Shown here piece after piece: positions 28,314 through 39,100 of a DNA stretch of 49,089 bases; positions within the stretch are counted from its first letter, which is position 1, and every line of letters begins with the position of its first letter. The notes beneath the pieces are model-generated. The model saw nothing but the letters and a program-made list of their open reading frames with translations, ran no database searches and was not told the origin of the DNA. Source of the DNA: a virus (Duplodnaviria > Caudoviricetes); IMG/VR virus record IMGVR_UViG_3300032223_002681, positions 1 to 49,089 of that record. The stretch is one strand, 5' to 3'. The translations under genes and the position numbers were made by a program.

Positions 28314-30122
28314 ATGGCCCTTGACACCTCAGGCTTTAATCTTGCGATTCCGCAGGTTCCGGTAGAAACGCCGGCGCTGGCAAATCTTCCGGCGTTGAAC
28401 ATGCCCATGCAGGGCATGGCGTGGCAGCCCGTAAAGATTCAACAGCCCAGCTCCGCAATGGCCGAGGGCATCGCCGCGGGCCTTGGGGCGATTGGCAAGG
28501 GAATCACCGCTGCTTACCAGAACAAGCAAGAAGCGAAGAAGCATCAGGAAGAGCTGGCTATGAAGCAGCAGCAAATGGCTGCCTCTCAGGCCCAGCATGC
28601 CCAGACACTTGGCATGGCGCAACAGCGTCTCGGGATGGAAGGTGCTAGGCTGGGGCTTGAAGCTAAAAAGGAGGAGAATCTGCAGAGTTGGAGAAATCGC
28701 CAAAGTTCTCTCCCCAGCAAATTCAAGACTGTTGATTTCGGGGATTCCGGAGAAGGTCTAAATGACGCCCAGAAAGAATATCTTCAAAATCTTTCTACCG
28801 GAGAATCAGATTCTCAGGCTCCGTTGCCGGGAGAAGATCCGCTGTCTTCCCCTTCGGCACCTGAAATCCAATTAGACAACGCTCCTTTGGGCAGCTTGAC
28901 CACTCCGGTACCGGCTTTCCCCGTCTCACCGGCACTAAAGGCTGAAGACATTCCTACCATGTTGGCCAGCCAGCCTACTTTCCAACAACTGGCTTCTGAT
29001 GAAAGAGCCGGATTTAACGCTCCTATCAAAGCGCCTATCAATTTTGCGGACCCAAATGCCGCGAAGGGAGTTCTAAACAATCTTGGCTTATCTGAAATTC
29101 ACGCAATTTTGAACCCCTCTGACCGGCAAACAAGATTGAATGCCGCTCTCTCAGCGCAACCTGCCGCAGCCCCCCAGCACCCTGCCAAACACGCCTTCCG
29201 TACCGAAGAAGAAGCTTGGAAGGAAGCGCAACGTGACATTCCGGGTTGGCAGCCGGGAGACGTTCAGAAAGTCGATGGCGTCGATCCGACTACCGGAGAT
29301 CGGACAATCGGATATGTTGCAACTCGCAAACAAGTTGACCCACGTCTTGCTGCCACCGAGGCATATCGCAAAACCGTGGAAGGTCAACGCGAAGAGCAGT
29401 TAAAACTTCGTCAGCAAAACACACTGAACCAAGAACGAACCCAATTCTACAACATCCCCCAAATTAAACTTTTCTTGGGGCAAAACGGGATGCAGCAAAG
29501 CTTTTCCCGTTTTATGGCGGACTACGACAAGGTAGAGCCGGGATCTCCGGGGGCTGGTATTAGCCAACTTGGCCTTTTAGATATGTTTGCTAGGGCTGAA
29601 TCCGGAGGAAGGGTTACCAACACCCAAGCCGAAATGGCCCTGCAGGCTAGGTCGCTTAAAGAAAAATGGGAAACTCTCTTCAATACAAAATTTGGAGGCG
29701 GTGACGTTTTGTCTCGCGACCAAATGAAGCAAATGAGGGACGTGATGATGGAAGATTATGCTAAACAAGCAAGTTATGCTAACCAAGCTGTTGCTGGACA
29801 TCGTGATGTTCTAAGGGACCAAGGAGTTTCTACACTCCCAACCGATTACATTATGCCAATCCCCAAAGAAGAGGCCGAACATACCGTTGATTGGTACAAA
29901 ACCGAAATCCCCAAATTAAAACTACAGCACCAAGACGCGGTCAATCGAGGTGACCAACAGACTGCCGACCAAATCGAATCGCAGCTTGAGCAATATGGAG
30001 CCGCCGCGCTTGAGTTACGTAAAAAGATCGACAACTCCAAGTCTTCAATCATAAACTTGGAGGAAATCGAAAAAACTCCCCAAGGATGGTTTGGAGCTGC
30101 CGCTAAAAAGAAGAACCAATAG
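28314..30122 (+). CDS. internal virion / ejection protein
   Basis: AEGIAAGLGAIGKGI amphipathic segment plus coiled coils; precedes the giant gene. Confidence 0.65.
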   Translation: MALDTSGFNLAIPQVPVETPALANLPALNMPMQGMAWQPVKIQQPSSAMAEGIAAGLGAIGKGITAAYQNKQEAKKHQEELAMKQQQMAASQAQHAQTLGMAQQRLGMEGARLGLEAKKEENLQSWRNRQSSLPSKFKTVDFGDSGEGLNDAQKEYLQNLSTGESDSQAPLPGEDPLSSPSAPEIQLDNAPLGSLTTPVPAFPVSPALKAEDIPTMLASQPTFQQLASDERAGFNAPIKAPINFADPNAAKGVLNNLGLSEIHAILNPSDRQTRLNAALSAQPAAAPQHPAKHAFRTEEEAWKEAQRDIPGWQPGDVQKVDGVDPTTGDRTIGYVATRKQVDPRLAATEAYRKTVEGQREEQLKLRQQNTLNQERTQFYNIPQIKLFLGQNGMQQSFSRFMADYDKVEPGSPGAGISQLGLLDMFARAESGGRVTNTQAEMALQARSLKEKWETLFNTKFGGGDVLSRDQMKQMRDVMMEDYAKQASYANQAVAGHRDVLRDQGVSTLPTDYIMPIPKEEAEHTVDWYKTEIPKLKLQHQDAVNRGDQQTADQIESQLEQYGAAALELRKKIDNSKSSIINLEEIEKTPQGWFGAAAKKKNQ

Positions 30123-30130
30123 TTTAATTT

Positions 30131-33100
30131 ATGGCAACGCCCTCTGTGGTGACAGATACCGACAAGTTCCTTGAGCTCTTGTCACCAAAGAAGAAAGACG
30201 AGGGCGACGTACAACCCGAAGTTGCTCCCCAACCTGCCGCAACGACGGAACCTACCACCGCGACCCCCCAAGCGGATGCCGGCACCAAGGATTTCTTTGA
30301 GACTCGGCAGCTTACCGGAGGATACTCGTCTCCCACCCCTTCCGAGTTAAACGCAGAGCTTTTCGGGGCTCCTTCCCCACACCCAGAATTGTTAAAGAAA
30401 GCTCAAGAAGGGCTTGGGCCGCTACCGCCAGACCAAAAGAAAAATCTCTTAGAAAATACGGACGAATTTCTGGCAAAGCTCGAGCCAAAAAAGCGTCCCG
30501 GCGAAGGGGGTACTTCTGAGTATTCCGCTCTGGAGGGTTCCGTAATGTCCCGGGACCCCGCCATACCCCTTAACACGCAGGAAGAGTACCTTCTACGATC
30601 TCTCGATGTGGAGCAACGGCACAAGTTTATCGAAGCGCACCCCGAGATAGAGCTACCCTTCGATCTCCACAAGAGCAATTACGATTACCGCAACGTAAAG
30701 ACCGAAAAGGGGAAGAGTATTTGGGAAGATGTCAAGGGAGTTGCCTCTGGGGTTGGGAGTTTCCTGCAGGGCACCGCAGAAGCTGCCGGAGCGGTTGGGC
30801 ATGACATTAACCAGATCATGGGGGGGCTTCTTTATGAAGAGGACCCAGTTCTCGCGCTACAAACTAAAAACATTGTAGAAGGTAAACCCGTACCAACCAA
30901 AGAAGAACTCCAAAAAGCCGGCGAGTCAATTTCCTACGGACAAAATCTTGCCCAAACGGGAACCGACGTTATTACGGCAGGAGATCAGCTTCTTTCTTAT
31001 CCCGAAAAGTTCAAGAATCTCTGGCAGGTCCATTCTGCCGGTGGGTTTAACTCGCTCGACAAGCTTCGGGAAGAGCGGGGTTACCAAACCCCAGAGCAAT
31101 CTTACCAAAATGATTTAGATCGCACGACAATTCTGCGTGAGCAAGCCCGTAAGCAGATTTACGCTCCTACGGCAGCCCTGCGAATGGGAACTGACATTCT
31201 TACGGGAGCGCAAGAGCTTAAAGAAGCTGGCTGGGTCGCTCCGTCAAATGCCCTCCAAGCTCTGTACAAAACACATCTCACCGAAACTGCTTCGGAAAAA
31301 ATGGCTAAAGACCCAACATTAACCGAAGAGCAGGCTAACGCCGAAGTTTACAAGGATGCCGCAGACCTGCTCAAGCAGCGTGCGGAAAAAATTGCCCCCG
31401 AGTTTGTGGCGAAAGGGTATACCGAAGCCGGAAAGCCAGAAATTCGTTTTGCCGCAGACATTCCCACCGGCGCAGAGTTTGGTGTGCTCGGGGCAGGTCT
31501 TGGCATGGTTGGCAAGGGCATTGCCGGGACCGAAAGACTCCTAGCAAATGCCGGTCGTGATCCCGAGGCCATAGCAGCCGCAAATCTAAAACGACTTCAA
31601 GCCGCGGAAGCCGAGCAAAAGCTTGTAGGCCAGATTCCCGAGAAGCCGGGATATGTTCCGGTTGGGATGCAGACCCCCGCTCTCGGACAGACACCAAAAC
31701 CGCTATTCTACTTCCCTCGCTTCGGTACCCTTGCCGGTTGGGGAGAAAACACCGCAAATGCTATCGAAAAATTTACCGGTCACGCGGCGGTCCCCCTTTC
31801 GTTGGCTGGGCTCGGCGCTGCAACCAGCGGGGAGGGACACCGAACGGCAGGGTTTTTTGAGGGTCTGGGCCTTTCGCTTGGTTTGAAGGGCCTTGCCGAA
31901 GGTGCCGGCGTTGTACGTTCGCTTGATCAAGCAGCCGAGCTTTTTGGCGGAAAAAATGCCCTCCCCTCGGATGTCATGAAAGCTGCCGGGGCTGCCGAAA
32001 CTTCTTCAAAAGCTGCCAAGAAGCTTTTTGGCGGCGATACTTTCTTAAAAGCTCTCGGGCGCGACGGGGCAGACTTTATCGCCAAGAATGCGGTGCCTCT
32101 GGCGCTCAAGAATGTCCACGGGGCAACCCTTGCCTATGCGATGGGCCTACTTAATGATACGCCTTCCGAAGATATGCCCGAGCAGGTTGCATTCGGTACT
32201 CTGATGAGCGCGGCTCCCGGTTTGTTCGGCCACAGCCTCGGTGAGTCACACGGGGAGATGCGTATGAGGGCCGGAAAAGAGGCCGCAGAGGTAAACAATT
32301 TTAACCGCGGGCTAGACGATCAGTCTCGGACGAATATCAGCGCTTCCCGCCTGTGGATGATGCACCTCGCTAAGCTGCGGAAAGCCGTAATTCGAGCCCG
32401 TAATACCGCCGCCGACTCGCAAGCTCAAACTAATAACCCAAGCGCCACTCCCGAGCAGCGTGCCAGATGGTCCAAAATTGCTGCTGACAGCCAAAATATC
32501 GTCGATTTCCACCAGCGCAAGCTTAACCAAGCCCTGACAACCAACCCAGCCACGATGGCCGAGTTTGGTCGCCAGTTCAATCTTGCCGCTGCACGGATGA
32601 GCAATTTCCTAAACGGAACTAATAAAGCCGGTCAGGAAAACGTTTCTTTCCAGTTCCTCACCACTGATCAGATTGCTGAAAAACTCTTACAGCATTCTCC
32701 TGAGCTTCAGATGATGATTGCTCGGGGGCAGGGAGAGGAAGCTAGGCAGAGGGCACTTACTTCCGCGCAGCAGCGCGGGTTTGTTTCGACCCCCGAATCT
32801 GGGATTAGAATGGATCCCGCCCGACCCACTATTGCGATCAACGTAGGCAACCTGATGAACAACCCGCGTGGGGTGATTGAGACGCTCTATCACGAGGTTG
32901 GCGAAGCCGCGCAAAAGATCCCCCAAGTAAAGGCCGTAATCGACAAGGCGGGGGTTATTGACCAACTATTCAGCCGAACCGTCAAGGGGGTCAACGGGGA
33001 GACACTGCGGACGATTCCGGGGCTGCTCGACGAGGGCAAGCTTTATCAGATGTTCATCAACAAATATGTATACGGGATGTCTGCCCCAGAAATTCTCAAT

Positions 33101-36100
33101 CTTGGTCGAGAAATGGGGGTTTTAGATGAGCAACGTCCGGATCAGCTTGATTTCCAAAAAGTCGTCGAACGCATGCGTAGTGAGGTAATCGCCGACACTC
33201 TGGGAGAGGGGTTCGAGAAATCTTTTGTCAACGGGTCCCCAGCATTTGAAAATGTGCGTCAATGGGCACGCACCAAGGTTGAGTCCGAAAGGATAAAAGC
33301 CTTAATCCTGAAGGTGCTCGGCAGCGGAGGGGAAGACCCGCGGAATGTTCTGTATTCGCACCCAGCTTCCGGGGTTGGCGAGTCTCTTACCCCCGAGGTT
33401 CGTGCGGCAGTCTCCCAAGCGATTCAGTCCATGCGCGATTTGGGCGGAGTTACTACAGCAGTGGACGAAACCGGTGCCGTTTCCGGGGAAACCCGCGAGG
33501 CCCCTAGGATGTCAAAGAAAGAGGTCTCAACAAATCCTCTTTTGTCGGATCGCTACTTAAAAAATTCTGGGCTGGTAAAGACCCAGCTCCGCGCTGTCAT
33601 TCTCGATGCCGACGGAAACCCAGTTTCCAAGCCGATTGACATCACGGACCCGACGGCATTTGAAGGTACTTGGCAATTCAAGCCTGACGGCACTGCAAGT
33701 CGGGTAAATGGGTTTGGTAACCGACCTCCCGAGCTTCCTCCGGGAGTCGTCGTACCTCCCGGCGGGCAAATCATTTTTGAGCACCAGATAGTCACCGAGC
33801 CGGACGGCGTAACCCCAGTCTGGAACAGCCGAAAAGACGTAAAGAAGCTTCTAAAGAGCCGGTCACAGCTTATCCGCGATGCGATTACCAACGCCTATAA
33901 GGGTGAGCCGGGAGGGATGCAGGCGTATAGCGAAGACAACCTTAGCTTCCGCGGAACGCTTACCCCCGATCAGATCGCAGCGATCCAAGCCCTGCCCGAG
34001 AGTATTGTTCCTCTCAAGGTCAAGAACCATATTTTCGAGATTAACAACGCAATCCAGCGGGGGCAGCGACAAAACATCGACTATTCAACCCACGTTGGGA
34101 AAAATGGCGAATATGTTTCTTCCGCTCCCACAATACGGGACGTTCAGTGGATCGGGATGCATTTCTCGAAAGACGGCAACTTCACCGGCACGGCGTTGTC
34201 ATGGGATGCACTTCATAACAAATTCCGCTTGTGGAAGCAGCGTCTTCCCGGTCGTTTTGACCTGTGGAACGGGGACTCTCAGGCGATGTACGACCAATTC
34301 GTTGGCGAGTATTTGCCCAATCAAGCCTCCGGAATCCCAAATGAAACGGCGCTGGACAAAGATCCTGAAATCTCGAAAAAGAAGCGGGATGTGTTTAACG
34401 ACTTCCTGAACTTTGCCAACGCAAATACCCGTGCGATCAACCCCGACCGCACTATAATTCCCACCAAGCGAGGAGAAAAGCGAGGAATGGCGGACAACGT
34501 CCTCCGTTCTTTTCGACTCGATTCGATCATGGATATTGCCGACTCTCCGGTACCGGGAGTCAAACTCAATCCTGACGCAATTTACAACAATTTCTTGCCC
34601 AAAGAGTCCGTTAAACCGGCAAAACCCGCGGGGGAAGAAACTAACCCGATTCTCAAGGCTCTCGGGGCAGTCAAGGCCAGCTACGTTGGTCCTGAGCAGC
34701 GTACCCCGTATGCCCAGCCGGTGCGGGCTTCAAACCAAGACGTGCAGCGTATTTCCGAAGAATACGTAAAAAGTGCCGGTATGGAGTACCGTCCACACGG
34801 TCAAGCGGTTCCGGTCAACGAGGAGCTTGCCAAGCGCATTGCCGACCATTACGAGACCGCCAAGAACGAGCCCTTGAAGCCCGAGGTCAAGAAGGCTTAC
34901 ACAGCCCTTGCCAACGAGGTCGTTGACCAATGGAAGGCTTTCCAAAAGGCCGGATACACCGCCACCCCTTGGACCGGAGAGGGCCAGCCCTACGCCAACT
35001 CCGCAGAGATGATGAAGGATGTCCGGGACAACAAGCACCTGTATTACTACACGACCGAGAGTGGGTTCGGCAGCGGCATTACCGGCAAAATGCGTGCCGA
35101 AAACCCGATGCTGCAGGACTCCGGTGTCAATTTCAACGGCGCCGAGAACGTGCCCGTCAACGACGTGTTCCGCGTTGTGCACGACATCGTTGGTCACGGG
35201 GCAAATGGCTACGAGTTTGGTCCGAAGGGCGAGTTCAACGCCTATCTGGAGCACAGCCGCATGTTCTCTGACGCCGCCAAGCCGGCTCTTGCTGCCGAGA
35301 CTCTGGCCCAGAATAGCTGGGTCAACTACGGCCCGCATCTCCGGGATGAAAGCGGAAATATCGCCAAGAAGGGCGAGAAAGGCTACGTGCCTGTCACCGA
35401 GCGTCCGTTTGCTGAGCAGAAAAACATCGCGCTTCCTCAGGAGTTTATTGACGCAGCCGAGAAACAGGCCCAAGCCGGGACCAAGCCGGGACCAAGCTTT
35501 TTACCTGCCAAAGGCGAGACCAAGCCGGTGCCGACTCAGGAAGAGCTCGACGAGATGAAGGCTAGATTGCCGAAGTATGAGGTGTCCTCTTATGACCATC
35601 AGAAAAACGGAATTACCACAATTTATCTCCGATCCCCTGAAGATAAAGGCATAGAACCTACGGCACAGGCTGAAGTTCAAATGCTACCCGACGATTATCC
35701 CGGTATCCTCGGGATTAACCATACCGAAAGGAAATCAGAATACCCCGGATTTGGCGAAGCGTTGTATCGAGAAATAGCCAAGTTTGCCCAACAGCACGAC
35801 CTTACCGATTTGGTGGGGCTTACAAACAAAGCTTCTACAAATAGAAGAGAAACCCTGTTTGAGACCTCCGAAAAACTACCCACAGGAGAAAATACTTTTT
35901 CGATGACCAGTAAGGTTGCTCCGGGCATTAACTATCTCCCCGCCAAAAAACTCACCGTCCAGCACCCCTCGAAGGAAAAGGAGGGCAGCGTCGGCGGGGA
36001 GCTCGATCTGGTTCACTTTGGGCCGTCAGGGCTTAAAGTAACCGACCCCAAGAAGTTTGGTAAAGGTATTGCCACCCCCACGGACCTGCAGGGCGGGTAC

Positions 36101-39100
36101 AAGACCTATTTCTACCTGAACAACGGAAAGAATTACGAAGCCTCGATGCGCGGAAAGACCCCGTATGTCGCCAAAGTCGATGGCAACAGCCTGTATGACC
36201 TGAGCAAGGATCCGCTTGGCGTGAACGGAATCCTTAACCGGGAAGAGCGAGATGACAGGATCAAAAAGGCGGGATTTGCTGGATATTTCAGCCCCAAGAA
36301 GTTCAACGGTTCCTTCGATGCAGTTGCCCTCTATAAGCCGACTAAGCTGACCGAGGTGCAGCAGGGTCGGGAAATTTTCACCGGACCCAAGCAGTCAAAG
36401 GAGTTTGGGGTTAGCTTCTTGCCAGCCGGAAAGACCAGCTCCCCTGAGTTCAAAAAATGGTTCGGTGAGAGCCAAGTCGTAGACGAAGAAGGCAAGCCTC
36501 GCGTGATGTATCACGGCACGGATCGAGGCTTTAACAAGTTCCAAAAGGGTACTACGTTCTTTGCTTTCAAGCCTGAGTTTGCGGACGAGTTTGCGAATCG
36601 AGCGGCATTAGGATGGCAAGCGGAATCTGAAGAAGCCTACGATCCGAACAAAAGTATAGAAGATTACAAGGATGATCTGGAGATGGAGCCAGATCAAAAA
36701 CAGACTCCTGTCATCGTCCCCGTATATTTACAAGCAAAAAATATCTTCGACGCTAACAATCCTGATCACATGCGGAAGATCGGGTTACCTCCCGGAACGA
36801 TCACAGACTTTTCTCACCTAGAGAAAAATCAACCCCGGATGGAAAAAGCCGGGTTCGATTCGTATTACGATTACGAGTACGGACCTGAGGAAGATAAAAC
36901 GGGCATATTTGTCTTTGACCCTAAGCAGGTAAAATCTGCTACCGGCAACGTGGGTACGTATTCTCCGGAAAACGCTGACATCCGCTACCTCCCCGCCAAG
37001 CTAGACGAGGCTCACGCCAAGGCTATTGAGTCTGGTGATACGGAGGAAGCGCAGAGGCTGGTTGATGAGGCGGCGAAAAAGGCTGGGTATTCTATTGGGC
37101 CTGTTTATCATCATGGTCATTTTGATCCATCTTATGACGCCGTTCCAAAAACACAGCAAGGTATGCACTTTGGATCTGAAGAAGCGGCAAGGCAGAGGGC
37201 TTATGATAAGCAACCAGATGACGAAAGGGCTTCTATAAAAGCAGATAAAGACCCTGATACTGGGTTGTGGCATTGGTCAACCAATAGCTTTGATAGCTTT
37301 GACTTTACAGATGGATTTAGTTCTGAAAAAGCCGCCATACAAAATGCTTATGATAGCATTGCAGAAATGCACATGAATCAAGATTCAGAAGTGGATGATT
37401 TGGGAGTTATGACAAAAGCATATTTGTCATTGAAAAACTTAAAAAAAGTTAGAGACCAAGGAAATGATTGGCAAGTTGCCATGCAAAAAGCAAAGCAGGA
37501 GGGATATGATGGCCTTGAGTATAAGAATGAGTTTGAGGACAAGGGATCTACTTCCTATGTGATATTTAATCCAGAGCAGGTTAAATCCGCAGACCCCGCA
37601 ACCTACGATGACCAAGGCAATCTGATCCCGCTTTCGCAGCGGTTCAACCCGGAGTCAAACGACATTCGGTACCTCCCCGCCAAAAAAGGCGTTGACGAGG
37701 GAACCCAAACCAACGAATCTTTACCCACTGATGAACAACAAACTGAAAGTAACACCGAAGCTAAAGCAGCTGGCATCCAAGCTGGAGGCCAAAGCCAAGA
37801 AGACCGGAATCGACTTCTCGGCGGGCTTGCGTCTGTCGCCAGAGGAGCGCAAGGCTCAGGTGCAGAAAGTGTACCGGGAACCTCGGGAACAGCTCCTCGG
37901 AAAGAGGTAGAAGAGGCCGCTCTCCGCAAGCATGCGGAAGAAAATGGTCTCATGCGGGATCCGGATGCCTTTTTCAAGCAATGGCAGCTCGACGGATCTG
38001 AGGCCGGCGGTGAGCACCAAGTTTCTTTCCCTCTCGGGGATAACGTTGTCAAGCGCACCCCGAATCCCTACTACCCAACGTGGGCAGACTATTTTGACTC
38101 GCTGCAGATCCACAACACGCTCTTCCCCAAGGCGGCATTGACCTTCCGCGGGTTCCAGAATGTTGAAGGTAGCGGTGGCGTGGACATTGACGGCACCAAG
38201 TGGCCTGCCGGCCTATACTCCGAGGTGTCACAGCCGTTCCTGAAGATCAAACGCGGCCTGTCGGTACCGGAGACCGACGACCTCATGAAGATGATCGGGT
38301 TCCGTCGCACCCTGCCGATGGAATACGTCAATGATGAGCTTGGTATCAAGATCAAGGACCTGCATGGCATGAACGCCGTCATGCTCGAGGATGAGAACGG
38401 CAAGGAGTTTCCTTACGTGATTGACTCGACCATCGTGCCCACACAGGCGAAGGAAGAACAGCCTCGTGTGGATCTTCAGGGTCACGTGATTGTGAAAAAC
38501 CCCGAGGCCGATTTTGTTGCCAAACCTAAGATTCTTGTCAACTTTCTGCCGGCCTCGCAGCGGATCAACCTAGAGGATTACGCCGACAAACCAATGTTTG
38601 CTCTCCCGGCTGATCGTATGGGCGTAGGTACCAAGTATGTCGGGCCTACCGACAGCAAGAAAAAGTTGAGCGTCGAGGCGCAGGGAGGGCCTGAGCACAT
38701 GACTCTTCTCAACCGTGGCGTCTGGGCTTTCTCAAACGAGGGTCCTGCCTCCACCTTTGCCAACCGCGTAGACAAGCTCGCCGAAAAGCACGGCACCGAC
38801 AGTGTTCTTGTCGCGGTCACCCTCCAGAGTCCTATCAACCACCTGAAAAACCCCACTGGGCAGCTCGGATACGTGGAAGCGATGGAACAGGCCCGCGATA
38901 CAAAGAATTTGACCCAGAAGCAGCTAGATGCCCAGATCAAAGAAATGGCCGGGTCCATAGTTGCCAGCAAAGGAAAAGACATGGACGAAAATGTCCGGGC
39001 CAAATGGAAGAAAATAAATTCCTTCACCAAATTTGCCGATGCCGTCCGGTCCAAGCAGCTTAATTTTGGCGACATGGAACCTTTCCTCACTCAGATGCAA

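Noticed and set aside
35470-35497. Short tandem repeat CCAAGCCGGGA x2.5
   Set aside because: An 11-bp local duplication in a linker that leaves the frame open; too short to imply a function.
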